From the NCBI GenBank assembly GCA_963724325.1, contig CAVRUH010000007.1, forward strand, positions 497,903 through 561,902: a stretch of 64,000 bases of DNA, given 5' to 3'. The translations under genes and the position numbers were made by a program. Below are positions 1 to 9,886 of the stretch, one piece after another. The DNA comes from Waddliaceae bacterium. Its GTDB lineage: Bacteria > Chlamydiota > Chlamydiia > Chlamydiales > Waddliaceae. The stretch's first letter is position 1, and each line of letters begins with the position of its first letter. The notes below the pieces were generated by a model, which was given only the letters and a program-made list of their open reading frames with translations, did no database searches and was not told the origin of the DNA.

Positions 1-93
1 ATGGAAAAATATTCCGGCCAAGAAGTGACCATTGACGATGAAGAATACGTCATCGTCAAGGCTGACGACATCATTGCAATCATCAAAGAATAA
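1..93 (+). CDS. groES: co-chaperonin GroES, 3' part (truncated by window edge)
   Basis: Translates MEKYSGQEVTIDDEEYVIVKADDIIAIIKE*, a typical GroES C-terminus; lies directly upstream of groEL. Confidence 0.93.
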   Translation: MEKYSGQEVTIDDEEYVIVKADDIIAIIKE

Positions 94-111
94 TTAAAGG
101 AGTAAATACTT

Positions 112-1737
112 ATGGCAGCAAAAAACATTAAATTTAAAGAAGAAGCGCGTCAAAAAATTCTCAAAGGCGTCAAATCCTTGCCGATGCAGTAAAAGTCACA
201 CTCGGCCCTAAAGGCCGCAATGTCATCATCGACAAATCCTACGGCACACCTCACATCACAAAAGACGGTGTCACTGTCGCTAAAGAAATCGAACTCGAAG
301 ACAAGCATGAAAACATGGGCGCCAGATGGTCAAAGAAGTGGCAAGCAAAACAGCTGACAAAGCCGGCGATGGCACCACAACAGCTACTGTCTTGCCGAAG
401 CGCATTTATAGCGAAGGCTTGCGCAACGTCGCTGCCGGAGCAAATCCCATGGACCTCAAGCGCGGCATGGAAAAAGGCTGTCAAAGCAGTCGTTAAAGAA
501 CTCCAAAAACGCAGCAAAACAGTTGAAGACCCAAAAGAAATCGCGCAAGTCGCCACAATTTCTGCCAACAACGACGAAGAAATCGGCGAAATCATTGCAA
601 AAGCGATGGAGCGAGTCGGCAAAGACGGCACCATCACTGTTGAAGAAGCCAAAGGATTTGAAACAACACTGGATGTCGTTGAAGGGATGAATTTCGACCG
701 CGGCTATCTCTCTGCTTACTTCATGACCAATGCCAGAAACACAAGAATGCATCCTCGAAGATGCTTATATCTTCATCTACGAGAAGAAAATCTCCGCCAT
801 CAAAGAATATCATCCCTCTTCTTCAAGCTGTTGCAGAAACGGACAAGCCCTTCTTGATCATCGCTGAAGATGTCGAAGGCGAAGCCCTGGCAACACTCGT
901 TGTCAACCAGCTTCCGCGCAGGCCTGAAAGTCTGCGCTGTCAAAGCTCCAGGCTTTGGCGACCGCCGCAAAGCCATGCTAGAAGACATTGCCATCCTCAC
1001 CGGCGCGACAAGTCATCAGCGAAGAGCTCGGCCATGAAACTGGAAAACACCACCATCGAAATGCTCGGACGAGTCAAAAAAGTGATTGTCGGCAAAGATG
1101 ACACAACCCTTGTTGAAGGCGCTGGCACAAAAACAGCCATTCAAGAGCGCATCGCTCTCATCAAACGTCAAATTGAAGAGACAGACTTCCGACTATGACC
1201 GTGAAAAACTCCAAGAGCGTCTGGCAAAGCTGTCCGGCGGCGTTGCAGTCATCCGCGTAGGAGCTGCGACAGAAGTGGAAATGAAAGAGAAAAAAGACCG
1301 CGTCGACGATGCTCAGCATGCGACAGCAGCAGCTGTCGAAGAAGGCATTCTTCCTGGCGGCGGAGTGGCCTTATGTCCGCTGCATCCCTGCTGTCAACAA
1401 GCTTGCAGACGCTTGAAGGCGATGAAAAGACCGGCGCGCGCATCTTATTGCAGGCCTTGAGTTCACCTCTTCGTCAAATTGCCGAAAATGCAGGTCAAGA
1501 AGGAGCGATCATCTTCAGCAAGTGGAGAAACTACCTGAAACGCATGGCTACAATGCCTTGACAGGTGAGTATGTCGATATGATCAAAGCCGGAATTCTCG
1601 ATCCGACGAAAGTGGCGCGTTGCGCATTAGAAAACGCAGTTTCTGTCGCTGCCATGCTCCTGACAACAGAAGCAATCGTCGCTGAAATCCCAGAAGAAAA
1701 GCCTGCTCCCGCAATGCCAGCCGGCATGGACTACTAA
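112..1737 (+). CDS. groEL: chaperonin GroEL (broken by several single-base frameshifts, probably sequencing errors)
   Basis: [17 protein letters not shown] start; motifs [57 protein letters not shown] and the C-terminal PAMPAGMDY are spread over successive frames. Confidence 0.97.
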
Positions 1738-1747
1738 AAAGTAAAAT

Positions 1748-1776
1748 GAGGGCGCAAGTGCGCCCTCCTTTTTTTT
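1748..1776 (+). terminator. rho-independent terminator of groESL
   Basis: GAGGGCGCA-AG-TGCGCCCTC stem followed by a T tract. Confidence 0.85.
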
Positions 1777-1831
1777 ATTTTCTTGCCAAGCATTATGTAT
1801 TCGTCATTTCGTAATATATTGTTCTTCCTAT

Positions 1832-1903
1832 TCCGGAATAGCTCAGCGGTAGAGCAGCGGACTGTTAATCCATTGGTCGTAGGTTCGAATCCTACTTCCG
1901 GAG
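1832..1903 (+). tRNA. tRNA-Asn (GTT)
   Basis: TCCGGAA/TTCCGGA acceptor stem, TAGCTCAG-GGTAGAGC D arm, anticodon loop CTGTTAA, GGTTCGAATCC T loop. Confidence 0.97.
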
Positions 1904-2170
1904 ATTTGCTGGTTGATGTGACATTGCGACATAGAGTCAGAAATGGCTCTCGCAATGTCACTAACAGCTTTTTCCCATCCAATTTCAAGTTCGAAAAGAC
2001 AAAATTCAATAATTGCTGTTTTTCAGGCAATCTTCGAACTTATGAAGATTTCCTTAGCCCTCGTTTGCCAAATCCAATACTGTCTTCGCCGTAATCAAAC
2101 AAGTCTCATCTGCATTGACATGCGTCGAATGGGTTCTTTGAGTGTGCAAATACCTCAGGTTCGTGGACTT
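1893..2170 (-). pseudogene. C-terminal remnant of a large serine recombinase running into the tRNA 3' end
   Basis: Frameshifted HVNADETCLITAKTVLDLA..RAKEIFISSK..EKQQLLNFVFSNLKLDGKKLLVTLREPF, which resembles recombinase-family C-termini; converges on the tRNA; no catalytic N-terminus present. Confidence 0.6.
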
Positions 2171-2410
2171 TCTTTTTATCCTAAATGCCTCGAAAAGGGC
2201 GAAAGATCAGAGCGTGCGCTTAAACTGACAGTCGCAGATTAGGTAGGGAAATGAGAAAGACTACGCTTATTGAGCGATATATTGTTCGCGAGCTTCTGCA
2301 AGAAATGGACATACTAACGAAAGTGAAGTACTTAGGCAAGTACCGGTTTTTAAGATTCATGAATTTTTTTGATCTCACGAATCAGATAAAACCGGTCCCT
2401 CGTCATTAGG

Positions 2411-3541
2411 TTACATCATAGACTTCGTCGAAAAATTAAGAGTCAAAGCCACAAAGCCGTGATCGGAAACATAGTCGCCTCCATCTTGCTCAATCAGAGA
2501 CAGTTTTGCTACTACATTAAATCTATCCTTAGCAGTCTCTCCTAACTTGAACGCAATATAGTCTAACGTTCTTTTTCCTTGGGTGGGTGCGGAAAATTTT
2601 TCATCAACAGTGTAACCGAAGCGCTGGAGAATTGCGGTTCTTGTTTCCAAACCAGACTCCACAACGCCGTCTCCGCTTACTTTGCAAAAATTAAAATCAC
2701 CGCCAAAAATTGTCAAATCCGGAGTATTATCTAGTGCTAGATTTTCCAGATAGCTTATCAATTCTTGATTGCCAACATTGTAGTCTGTCTTGAAAGTCTC
2801 ATAGGAACTTTCTGCCTTCTGAAGTTTTTTTAGCAAATCTTCGCTCGGCTTATTGCCGGCCCAAGAAACTTCATCCCTACATGCCTGTAGGTTCCTGTAA
2901 GCACCTGACCAATAACCTTTTACTTGCACAGATACCGCCCTAACAAATATCTCTTCCCCAAGGACGCGAGTTTTAAACGTCGTGACGGCAGCCGCTCGTA
3001 CCTGACGCTTGGCATCGGTCTCTACCACGAAATCGATTCTAGCTGCATTTGTAGAAATATTCCCTTCGCCAACAACAACAGCATTTCCACGTTGCAGTCT
3101 TTCTTCAAGCACACGATCAGCTTCATCTTTAAAAGAAATACCAAACGGGCAATATTGAGCCAGTTTCATATTTGTGCCCAGAAGCACGTTACCCAATGTT
3201 GAGACGCAATTGGTAATATTTTTGCTATGGTCCTCACCTTCCTTGTAGCTTACTTCCTGAAAAAGCACAGCGTCTAACGGCCTCTTCAAGAGAATATCTC
3301 TCACTCTTACAACACGCTCTGGCCAGTCATGATAGGCATCTCCTTCTCCAGTACGAATTGCGTTCTTCACCAATTCAACCCCCTCGGGAAATTTAATCTG
3401 TTTGGAATCTATGAGTCCTTTTATTCGAGCCTGCTCTTGCATTCCCTTCTCACTTAGACCTTTTGTCCACCAAAGCCAGGCATACAAAGGGTATTGAACG
3501 TTTGCCGTGGCAACAGTCAAGGATGATGGCATTGAATTCAT
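2411..3541 (-). CDS. endonuclease/exonuclease/phosphatase (EEP) family protein
   Basis: Motifs TANV, FQEV, GGDFN, LDYI and SDH in canonical order; GGAGG RBS. Confidence 0.85.
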   Translation of the reverse strand: MNSMPSSLTVATANVQYPLYAWLWWTKGLSEKGMQEQARIKGLIDSKQIKFPEGVELVKNAIRTGEGDAYHDWPERVVRVRDILLKRPLDAVLFQEVSYKEGEDHSKNITNCVSTLGNVLLGTNMKLAQYCPFGISFKDEADRVLEERLQRGNAVVVGEGNISTNAARIDFVVETDAKRQVRAAAVTTFKTRVLGEEIFVRAVSVQVKGYWSGAYRNLQACRDEVSWAGNKPSEDLLKKLQKAESSYETFKTDYNVGNQELISYLENLALDNTPDLTIFGGDFNFCKVSGDGVVESGLETRTAILQRFGYTVDEKFSAPTQGKRTLDYIAFKLGETAKDRFNVVAKLSLIEQDGGDYVSDHGFVALTLNFSTKSMM

Positions 3542-3777
3542 GAAACACCTCCGGTTTCTTATTTATTATTTGATCGATGACTGCAAAATTCTACAAGACT
3601 CTGCATAGTCTGTTCGATCATCAAGAAAAAGTTAAAGCCTATTAAAAAGGAAATCGAATTAGTGGTCAATAAGAAGCTTCATTAAAATTCGTTGAATTCG
3701 TCAAAGGTCCTCCGCATCCGCACTTAGCACACAGCCGCTATAAAAAACCTACACAATTCTATACATTTGGCCTTTGG

Positions 3778-5388
3778 CTAATGTGTATTTGCGTAAATAC
3801 GTCTACCAAGCAGTTCTGTAGACGATTCGCGTATTGGAATTTCACCAACAATATCCGGGACCTCTGTATCGCGACAGGCAGAAGGTTGTCGGCCTGGGGA
3901 TCGATTTCTCATCGCCCGTAAATGTGCTGCATGCACCGCTGAGAGCTTCTTTCTTACAAGCCGCCACGATGTCCATACATGTTTATCTCGATTCCTCACG
4001 GGTAGAGATAAAGTGACATGGCCACCTTTGCCATCAGGAATTTGATCCTTTTGGCGCGGAAGTCTTTCGGAAGTTCTTAAGAATCTTCTGGCAATACAAA
4101 AAGCCGCAGATTCATGAATTGATAATCCATATCTTTTAGCAAATTTAACTCTGCCTATGATTGATGTATAGGCTGGGTTTACTTCTGCTACCATTACACC
4201 AAAACGCCATGCCCGGGATTTTATGCTGGTTAAAATAGCTTTGTAGGCAAATGAGGAGAGCATACGAGAATATTTTTTATTACTAGACTCGTGAAGCTCT
4301 GCCTTTTTTTCTTGGAATGATAGCTGCTCGACAATAATTTGTTTTTTGGTTTCACAGGCCCAATTAACTATTTTGGCAATTGCGTCTCCGATAAGAGCTT
4401 TCGTTTGATTTTGATTTTTCCCATACAAATTAAGAGGGATTTTTTTTCTTGCTATAGCATTTCCATAACGATCAGTCTCGACAATGGCAAGATGATCGAC
4501 GTTGATGTCAACGCCGATGACTCCTATACCTTTACGAGTAATCTTCGCGGGTTCGGGTATGGATACACTCACAAAGATAACCCATCCTTTCTTATCTTGT
4601 TTAAAGCGATAGCTGATTGCGACTCCTGAATCCTTATCTTTTGAGAGTTTACGTTCATTGCAACGATCAAGTGCACTGATGATTGCGCCATGGCCGTAGG
4701 TGAATTTAACTTTCTGAATGTTTAGGTATTTCCCATATTGGGACATAGCATCCGGCAAGCGGAGTCTTAAGGATATGCTATTATCTTCTTCTAATGTTGC
4801 CGTACAGGATTGATTACCGGAGCTTTCATCTTTAGAGCCTAGAACAAAGAAACTATCGCTTCTAGCGGCTGTCCAATCCTGCCGCCATTCCTCTTGCGTT
4901 TTGTATCCATTGCCTTTTAAATCGAGCTGAGCACGGAATAACTTGCGCGAACCGAAGCAAAGTCGTACTTTTCCTGAAGCAATTTCTGTTTCGAGAGCCT
5001 TAACTCGTGAACCTATCCGTGCGAGCCTTCGTTTTTTCTGATGAATGAGTAAAGCTTTATCATTTTTCTTTTCCAACTTTTGGATTTTGGCTATTAAGGA
5101 ATCTTTTCTCTTTCTTAATTCAATGAGTTGATCCTTGCGAAGTTCCTTGATCGAAGCTATTTTCCCTTCAATTTGGACACGTAGAGCATTAAACTGACGC
5201 GATGTGATTCCATACTTTCTCATGTAGGAAGGCTTTAATTCTCTTACACTTTTTCCTTTCGCCAAATCTGCAAACAATGCCCTCTCCGCTTTACCTGCTA
5301 GCTTAGCATATTCAGATAAAATACGTACTGGATCGCAGTCAAGTACTGGGCGTGCTTGAAAAGTAAAAGTGCGGTCTTCAGATTTCAC
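3778..5388 (-). CDS. tnpB: TnpB-related RNA-guided nuclease-family protein (IS607-associated)
   Basis: RuvC-I GVDIN, RuvC-II IIVEQL, VNPAYTS motif, variant RuvC-III IHESAAFCIARR; probable GTG start at 5388 overlapping the tnpA stop (ORF track extends to 5412). Confidence 0.88.
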   Translation of the reverse strand: MKSEDRTFTFQARPVLDCDPVRILSEYAKLAGKAERALFADLAKGKSVRELKPSYMRKYGITSRQFNALRVQIEGKIASIKELRKDQLIELRKRKDSLIAKIQKLEKKNDKALLIHQKKRRLARIGSRVKALETEIASGKVRLCFGSRKLFRAQLDLKGNGYKTQEEWRQDWTAARSDSFFVLGSKDESSGNQSCTATLEEDNSISLRLRLPDAMSQYGKYLNIQKVKFTYGHGAIISALDRCNERKLSKDKDSGVAISYRFKQDKKGWVIFVSVSIPEPAKITRKGIGVIGVDINVDHLAIVETDRYGNAIARKKIPLNLYGKNQNQTKALIGDAIAKIVNWACETKKQIIVEQLSFQEKKAELHESSNKKYSRMLSSFAYKAILTSIKSRAWRFGVMVAEVNPAYTSIIGRVKFAKRYGLSIHESAAFCIARRFLRTSERLPRQKDQIPDGKGGHVTLSLPVRNRDKHVWTSWRLVRKKLSAVHAAHLRAMRNRSPGRQPSACRDTEVPDIVGEIPIRESSTELLGRRIYANTH

Positions 5389-5989
5389 TAGCGGCTTCCT
5401 TAAGTGCATCAATCAATTTTTTATTCTTCCGGCTACGAGAGCCATATAGTCTGGCTGAAAAAACGGTTATTATTTCTAAGACATCTTGTACCAAATCATC
5501 CTCAAAGCTTGAATCTTCAGCAGCATTTATCATGACCACTTCGGTGCCGAATTGCTCGCATAAAGAAAATATCAACTCTGCACCAAACCTCCACAGGCGG
5601 TCTTTATGTGTAATAACCAATCTCTCAATGGTTCCACAGCATACTTCTTTGATTAGTTTTTTTAAACCTTTTTTACTGTAATTTAGACCAGAGCCAAGAT
5701 CTTGAAGAATTTCGAATGTCCAACCATGATTGGCGCAAAATGATTCAAGGACAGCTACTTGTCTTTGTAAATCTGTTTTTTGATCATGACTAGATACTCT
5801 AGCATAAGCGATAGTTCGTTTAGTATTCCAATTTTTATTAGGTATTATTCCACGCAATTTTGACAAGTCATATCTACGATGCCCTTTGGGTGTTCTCTCG
5901 GACACGATTTTGCCCGAATTTTCCCATCGACGAAGAGTCTCTATGGAAACCCCAAGTTCTTCAGCTGCTTTTCCAATACTTATTCTCAT
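5378..5989 (-). CDS. tnpA: IS607 transposase TnpA (MerR-type HTH + serine recombinase)
   Basis: N-terminal IGKAAEELGVSIETLRRWE HTH; catalytic YARVSS, DLGSGLN and THKDRL motifs. Confidence 0.96.
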   Translation of the reverse strand: MRISIGKAAEELGVSIETLRRWENSGKIVSERTPKGHRRYDLSKLRGIIPNKNWNTKRTIAYARVSSHDQKTDLQRQVAVLESFCANHGWTFEILQDLGSGLNYSKKGLKKLIKEVCCGTIERLVITHKDRLWRFGAELIFSLCEQFGTEVVMINAAEDSSFEDDLVQDVLEIITVFSARLYGSRSRKNKKLIDALKEAASEI

Positions 5990-6099
5990 ATCACAAAAAT
6001 CTACACAAAATGTGTAGATTTGTCAAGAAATATCCAGATTTATGTGAACAGTTTCAAACCCCTTAAAAATTACAAATACTTAAAAAATCGGTGGGAATC

Positions 6100-6335
6100 C
6101 CCACCATATACGATTAGAGATACGAAAGTGGTGGTACAGTTTTAGGATTCGCTGATGAATACAGTGAACAGTATTCAATACTATTCACTTCGTTTTATTT
6201 AGATTGGCTAAAGTATTTCAAGGTTGATTTGAGTGAAGTAATTGTGCAGACGGACAATGGAAGCGAATTTGGTGGTGGAAGGCAACGCGGTGTAAAGGTA
6301 GATGGATTTGTTGATCTTATAGAGAGAAGGAATGG
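6100..6335 (+). pseudogene. DDE integrase-core (rve; IS481/IS3-like) transposase fragment
   Basis: Reads YTIRDTK..LGFADEYSEQYS..VIVQTDNGSEFGG with a frameshift; TDNGSEF is the rve catalytic motif. Confidence 0.65.
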
Positions 6336-6385
6336 GGGTTGCAAAAATGTCCATAATATGGTACACTTAAGCTAGAGGGAATGAA

Positions 6386-6682
6386 ATGCGATATCGAATC
6401 ATAACGACACCAGAATACAAGGAATGGTTAACTCGGGAAACTCCCAAGTCCCGGGTGCAGATAGCATCTCGCTTGGAGCTAATCGAGACAGAAGGCCATT
6501 TTGGCAACCATAAAAACCTTGGCGCCGATATCTGGGAACTTAAATGGGTAAATGGACGAAGAGTCTATTACGCATATATCCCTGAAGATAACATAATGCT
6601 TCTCTTAGGAGGGAACAAAAATGGACAAAGTAAAGATATCACACAGTCGAAAAAGATCTTTAAAAAGCACACCAAAGCTTAA
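6386..6682 (+). CDS. type II TA toxin, RelE/HigB family (addiction module killer)
   Basis: 98 aa; GHFGNHKNLG-IWELKW-GRRVYY-LLLGGNK-QSKDI pattern. Confidence 0.85.
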   Translation: MRYRIITTPEYKEWLTRETPKSRVQIASRLELIETEGHFGNHKNLGADIWELKWVNGRRVYYAYIPEDNIMLLLGGNKNGQSKDITQSKKIFKKHTKA

Positions 6683-6944
6683 ATTAAGGACTGATACAGG
6701 TCTAACGGAATACAGCCCAACAGATGAACTCTTGGACGAAAATTTCATCGCACTTGCTATCTGGGACTGTCTAAAAAATAATGATGCTGAAGGCGTCGTG
6801 GAAATAATCCAGTCGCATCTCGCCGTTGTTAACAAACAAAAAAAAGCAAAAGAAGCACATCTCCCCCGTTCCACCCTCTATAATTCATTCAAGAGCAAAA
6901 ACCCCACAATTCGCACACTTGCAAAAATGGTCCACTGCGTATAA
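6621..6944 (+). CDS. type II TA antitoxin (HTH, addiction module antidote)
   Basis: Overlaps the toxin; C-terminal LPRSTLYNSF-KNPTIRTLAK HTH. Confidence 0.8.
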   Translation: MDKVKISHSRKRSLKSTPKLKLRTDTGLTEYSPTDELLDENFIALAIWDCLKNNDAEGVVEIIQSHLAVVNKQKKAKEAHLPRSTLYNSFKSKNPTIRTLAKMVHCV

Positions 6945-6965
6945 CGCCTATAATAGGTCCGTGAT

Positions 6966-7160
6966 ATTCTCATTTCCAAAATAAAATATAATTCAGTAAC
7001 CGAATGGTCGCATTCATGGCCTCCAACGGGGGGTTTAAGACACTTAATTTTCCATGCACGAACCAATGGATTCAATAAGGTTATTCGAAGAGTAGGCCGA
7101 AGAGTTCTCTTGGATGAAGAAGCCTTTTTCCAATGGGTGGAGCAAAGCAATGCTAACTGA
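6966..7160 (+). pseudogene. small excisionase-like DNA-binding protein, no start codon
   Basis: Open frame ...WSHSWPPTGGLRHLIFHARTNGFNKVIRRVGRRVLLDEEAFFQWVEQ*, missing from the ORF track. Confidence 0.5.
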
Positions 7161-7275
7161 AAGATGTTTCTTAACAGCCTTTTCTTTTTAGGTAATCGCA
7201 AAAAAAAAATATTTGTTTTAAAATTTAAAACTGATATAAATGTTTTTTTGGCTTGTAACATTCAAGGGTAGTTAA

Positions 7276-9672
7276 ATGAGATTTGCACTGATTTTTTTAG
7301 CTATAAACATAAAGCTGTTTGCCAGTTCTGCTAGCTGGGTTCAAGACGGCGGCAATTGGTCCGAGACAAGCACCTGGGATCCTAATACTGTTCCAAATAG
7401 TTCTACTGATGTTGCAACGTTTACCGATGCAGCAGGTACTTTTGCCACTGGCAATGTAGATTCAACTTTTAGTGTAGCCAGTCTAAATTTTACCACTGCA
7501 CTCTTTTTTACTCTAAATAGTGGCACGTTAAATATTTATGATTCTATTATCGTAGAAGAAGCAACTGGAGGCGCATCTTGCAATACAACCCTCTCTCTTC
7601 AAAATGATATTTCAATAATTACCAATGCACAATTAGCTTGTCGATCAATTACAGGTACTGGAGGAATTATTAAAACAGGATCAGATATATTGAGTACGTC
7701 TAATGTTTGCACTTATAGTGGCACAACTTTTGTCAATGAAGGAATTTTTCGGGCAGGGTTTGAAGACGCTTTTTCTCATAATTCTGCTATTGTGCTTGCA
7801 AATGTTGCTGGAGTTGAACTAAATAACCAAGGGCTCTCAAATACGATTTTGAATCTATCAGGAGGAGGAAGTTTAGGAGGAAACGTAACTTTTGATAATG
7901 GTGATGCAGGATCATTGACGCTGGGAGATTCAAATGATACTACTTATGCGGGAGTGATTTCAGGTCGTGGTGAGATTATCAAAAGAGGTTCAGGAACATT
8001 TACTTTAACCGGAAATAACACCTATACAGAAGGAACAACAGTACAAGCAGGTCAACTTGCGGTTAATGGATCAATTACTGGTGGGATTACGATAAATTCA
8101 GGAGCCACCCTTAAAGGAATAGGAACTATTTCCGGTGGAGGAACCATTAATGGAATGTTATCCCCGGGGAATTCTATTGGTACGATTACATTCAATACGG
8201 CAGATGGTGATTTAACCTTAGGAAGCTCTTCTGTTACTCAAATTGAACTCAACTCTTCAAACTCCTCAAAAATAGTAAATGTTGGAGGAGGTAATATCGT
8301 TTTAGGTGGAAATGTTTCTCTAATACAAAATGATTACGGCAATTACGCGAGAAGTGGACAATATACAATTCTTTCTGGAGCTTATACAGGTGAGTTTTCC
8401 TCGATAGTGAATGGGGCTCTTTCAGGATTTTTATTTAACCTAGCTTATGGTCCTGACATAATTTATTTGCTTTATGAGGTCCAGCCAATCTCAACAAGTG
8501 GGCTTTCGGGAAATGACCTTACATTTACAAATTATCTAAATAATTCTGCTCCTGTGTCTTCAGAATATCTTGCTTTGGTCACGCTTCCAACTAGTCAGCA
8601 ACCAAACGCTATAAACAATGTATCGCCTGCTAGAAATGCATTTGGCCCTTATGTCACACAGCAGACAGTTTTTTCATTAAGTCAGCTTGTAAGACGGCAT
8701 TTGAATAATAAAAGATTTTCTCCTTTTCATACCTGTTCAGAAACAACTCCAATTGCTCTTGGGATCCAACATCAAAATTTTTTAGCTGATAATTCCAATT
8801 CCTGTGTACCAGGTACTACTGTTAAGAAAAGAGATGGTGCATTTGATCTATGGGTTAGTGGTTTTGTTGACTTCACTCATCAATCAAAAGAGAGTGGAAA
8901 CCCCTCCTTTAACTTTATGTCAAAAGCTCTCCTTTTAGGTCTCGATTATAATCGATTTGATACATTGCAACTAGGTGGATGTCTTGGTTTTGCCCATTCT
9001 CAAATACACGATAACGACCATTATGGAGAGGCTAATATTCCCTATTACTTTGGAGCAGTTTATGGAAGTTTTATCCTTGATAAATTCTATATTGAACCAA
9101 CTTTTTGGGCTGTTTTTCATCAAATTCACAATAAACGATATATTTCCTACGGTAGCATCGATGTTACAGCTAGTGGTACGATGAATGGATGGCAGATAGC
9201 TCCCCATTTAGGTTTAGGATACGACATAGATGTGTCTTGGGGTATTATTGAAACTTTTGCAGCTTTTGATTGGGTAGTAAACTGGGAAGGAAGTTTACAA
9301 GAACATGGTGCAGGCGACTTAGATATGTATCAAAAATCTCACACTTCATCCATGTTACAATCAGAAATTGGAGTGAAGTTGCATCAATCATTTTGTAAGT
9401 CATCTGGTCAATTTTGTCTTAAAGAAGGCGTAAGCTATATTAACCGAGCTCCTTTTGGCACAGGTAAAGTAACCACAGCGATCTTGGGCTCTCCTCAATT
9501 CGTTACCTTGAGGTCTTTTACAAAGGTGCAAAATTTGGGAGCATTCAACTTAGAATTCCAAGCAAATGTGGGAAAAAAAAGGGATGTTTCTATTTCTCTT
9601 GGATATGAAGGGCAGTTTGGTTCACATTATACTTCCAACGAGATTATGCTAAGAATTGCAAAGCAATTCTGA
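7276..9672 (+). CDS. autotransporter (type Va) with beta-strand repeats
   Basis: Signal peptide; KRGSGTFTLTGNNTYTEGTTVQAGQL passenger repeats, SPGNSIG motif, ~280 aa C-terminal barrel ending in F. Confidence 0.92.
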   Translation: MRFALIFLAINIKLFASSASWVQDGGNWSETSTWDPNTVPNSSTDVATFTDAAGTFATGNVDSTFSVASLNFTTALFFTLNSGTLNIYDSIIVEEATGGASCNTTLSLQNDISIITNAQLACRSITGTGGIIKTGSDILSTSNVCTYSGTTFVNEGIFRAGFEDAFSHNSAIVLANVAGVELNNQGLSNTILNLSGGGSLGGNVTFDNGDAGSLTLGDSNDTTYAGVISGRGEIIKRGSGTFTLTGNNTYTEGTTVQAGQLAVNGSITGGITINSGATLKGIGTISGGGTINGMLSPGNSIGTITFNTADGDLTLGSSSVTQIELNSSNSSKIVNVGGGNIVLGGNVSLIQNDYGNYARSGQYTILSGAYTGEFSSIVNGALSGFLFNLAYGPDIIYLLYEVQPISTSGLSGNDLTFTNYLNNSAPVSSEYLALVTLPTSQQPNAINNVSPARNAFGPYVTQQTVFSLSQLVRRHLNNKRFSPFHTCSETTPIALGIQHQNFLADNSNSCVPGTTVKKRDGAFDLWVSGFVDFTHQSKESGNPSFNFMSKALLLGLDYNRFDTLQLGGCLGFAHSQIHDNDHYGEANIPYYFGAVYGSFILDKFYIEPTFWAVFHQIHNKRYISYGSIDVTASGTMNGWQIAPHLGLGYDIDVSWGIIETFAAFDWVVNWEGSLQEHGAGDLDMYQKSHTSSMLQSEIGVKLHQSFCKSSGQFCLKEGVSYINRAPFGTGKVTTAILGSPQFVTLRSFTKVQNLGAFNLEFQANVGKKRDVSISLGYEGQFGSHYTSNEIMLRIAKQF

Positions 9673-9886
9673 TATAGTTTAAATGCGCCTTCATTTCTGC
9701 TGTAATCTCTCGTTTAAATTATGGACATTTTCATCAGTTATCGTTCAACTTTAAAAGAGCTCCTCAACCATTTACAAAGCAGCCATAGGACTGCAGGATT
9801 ACCTGAATGCCCCTAAAGCATTGGTAAATTAAGTATAGACCTGATAAAATTTGGTCATCAATATCACAAGCGGTTAAATAAAAAAT

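Larger units (their letters stand above)
3735..6060 (-). mobile_element. IS607-family insertion sequence (tnpA + tnpB)
   Basis: Serine-recombinase tnpA overlapping tnpB; GG dinucleotides at both inferred ends; repeated subterminal TGTAGATTT-like motifs at 3746-3766 and 5997-6041. Confidence 0.85.

Noticed and set aside
112..1737. groEL (also valS, birA, nadC, P450, TonB receptor) as pseudogenes or programmed frameshift genes
   Set aside because: Many scattered single-base indels in essential genes with otherwise conserved sequence indicate sequencing error
5990..6062. Group I intron (IStron) at the IS607 left end
   Set aside because: Only ~70 bp between the inferred end and tnpA, too short for a ribozyme core
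9721..9816. Mini-ORF starting MDIFISYR, like a TIR-domain first strand
   Set aside because: Only 31 codons with no further TIR motifs; chance or an unprovable remnant
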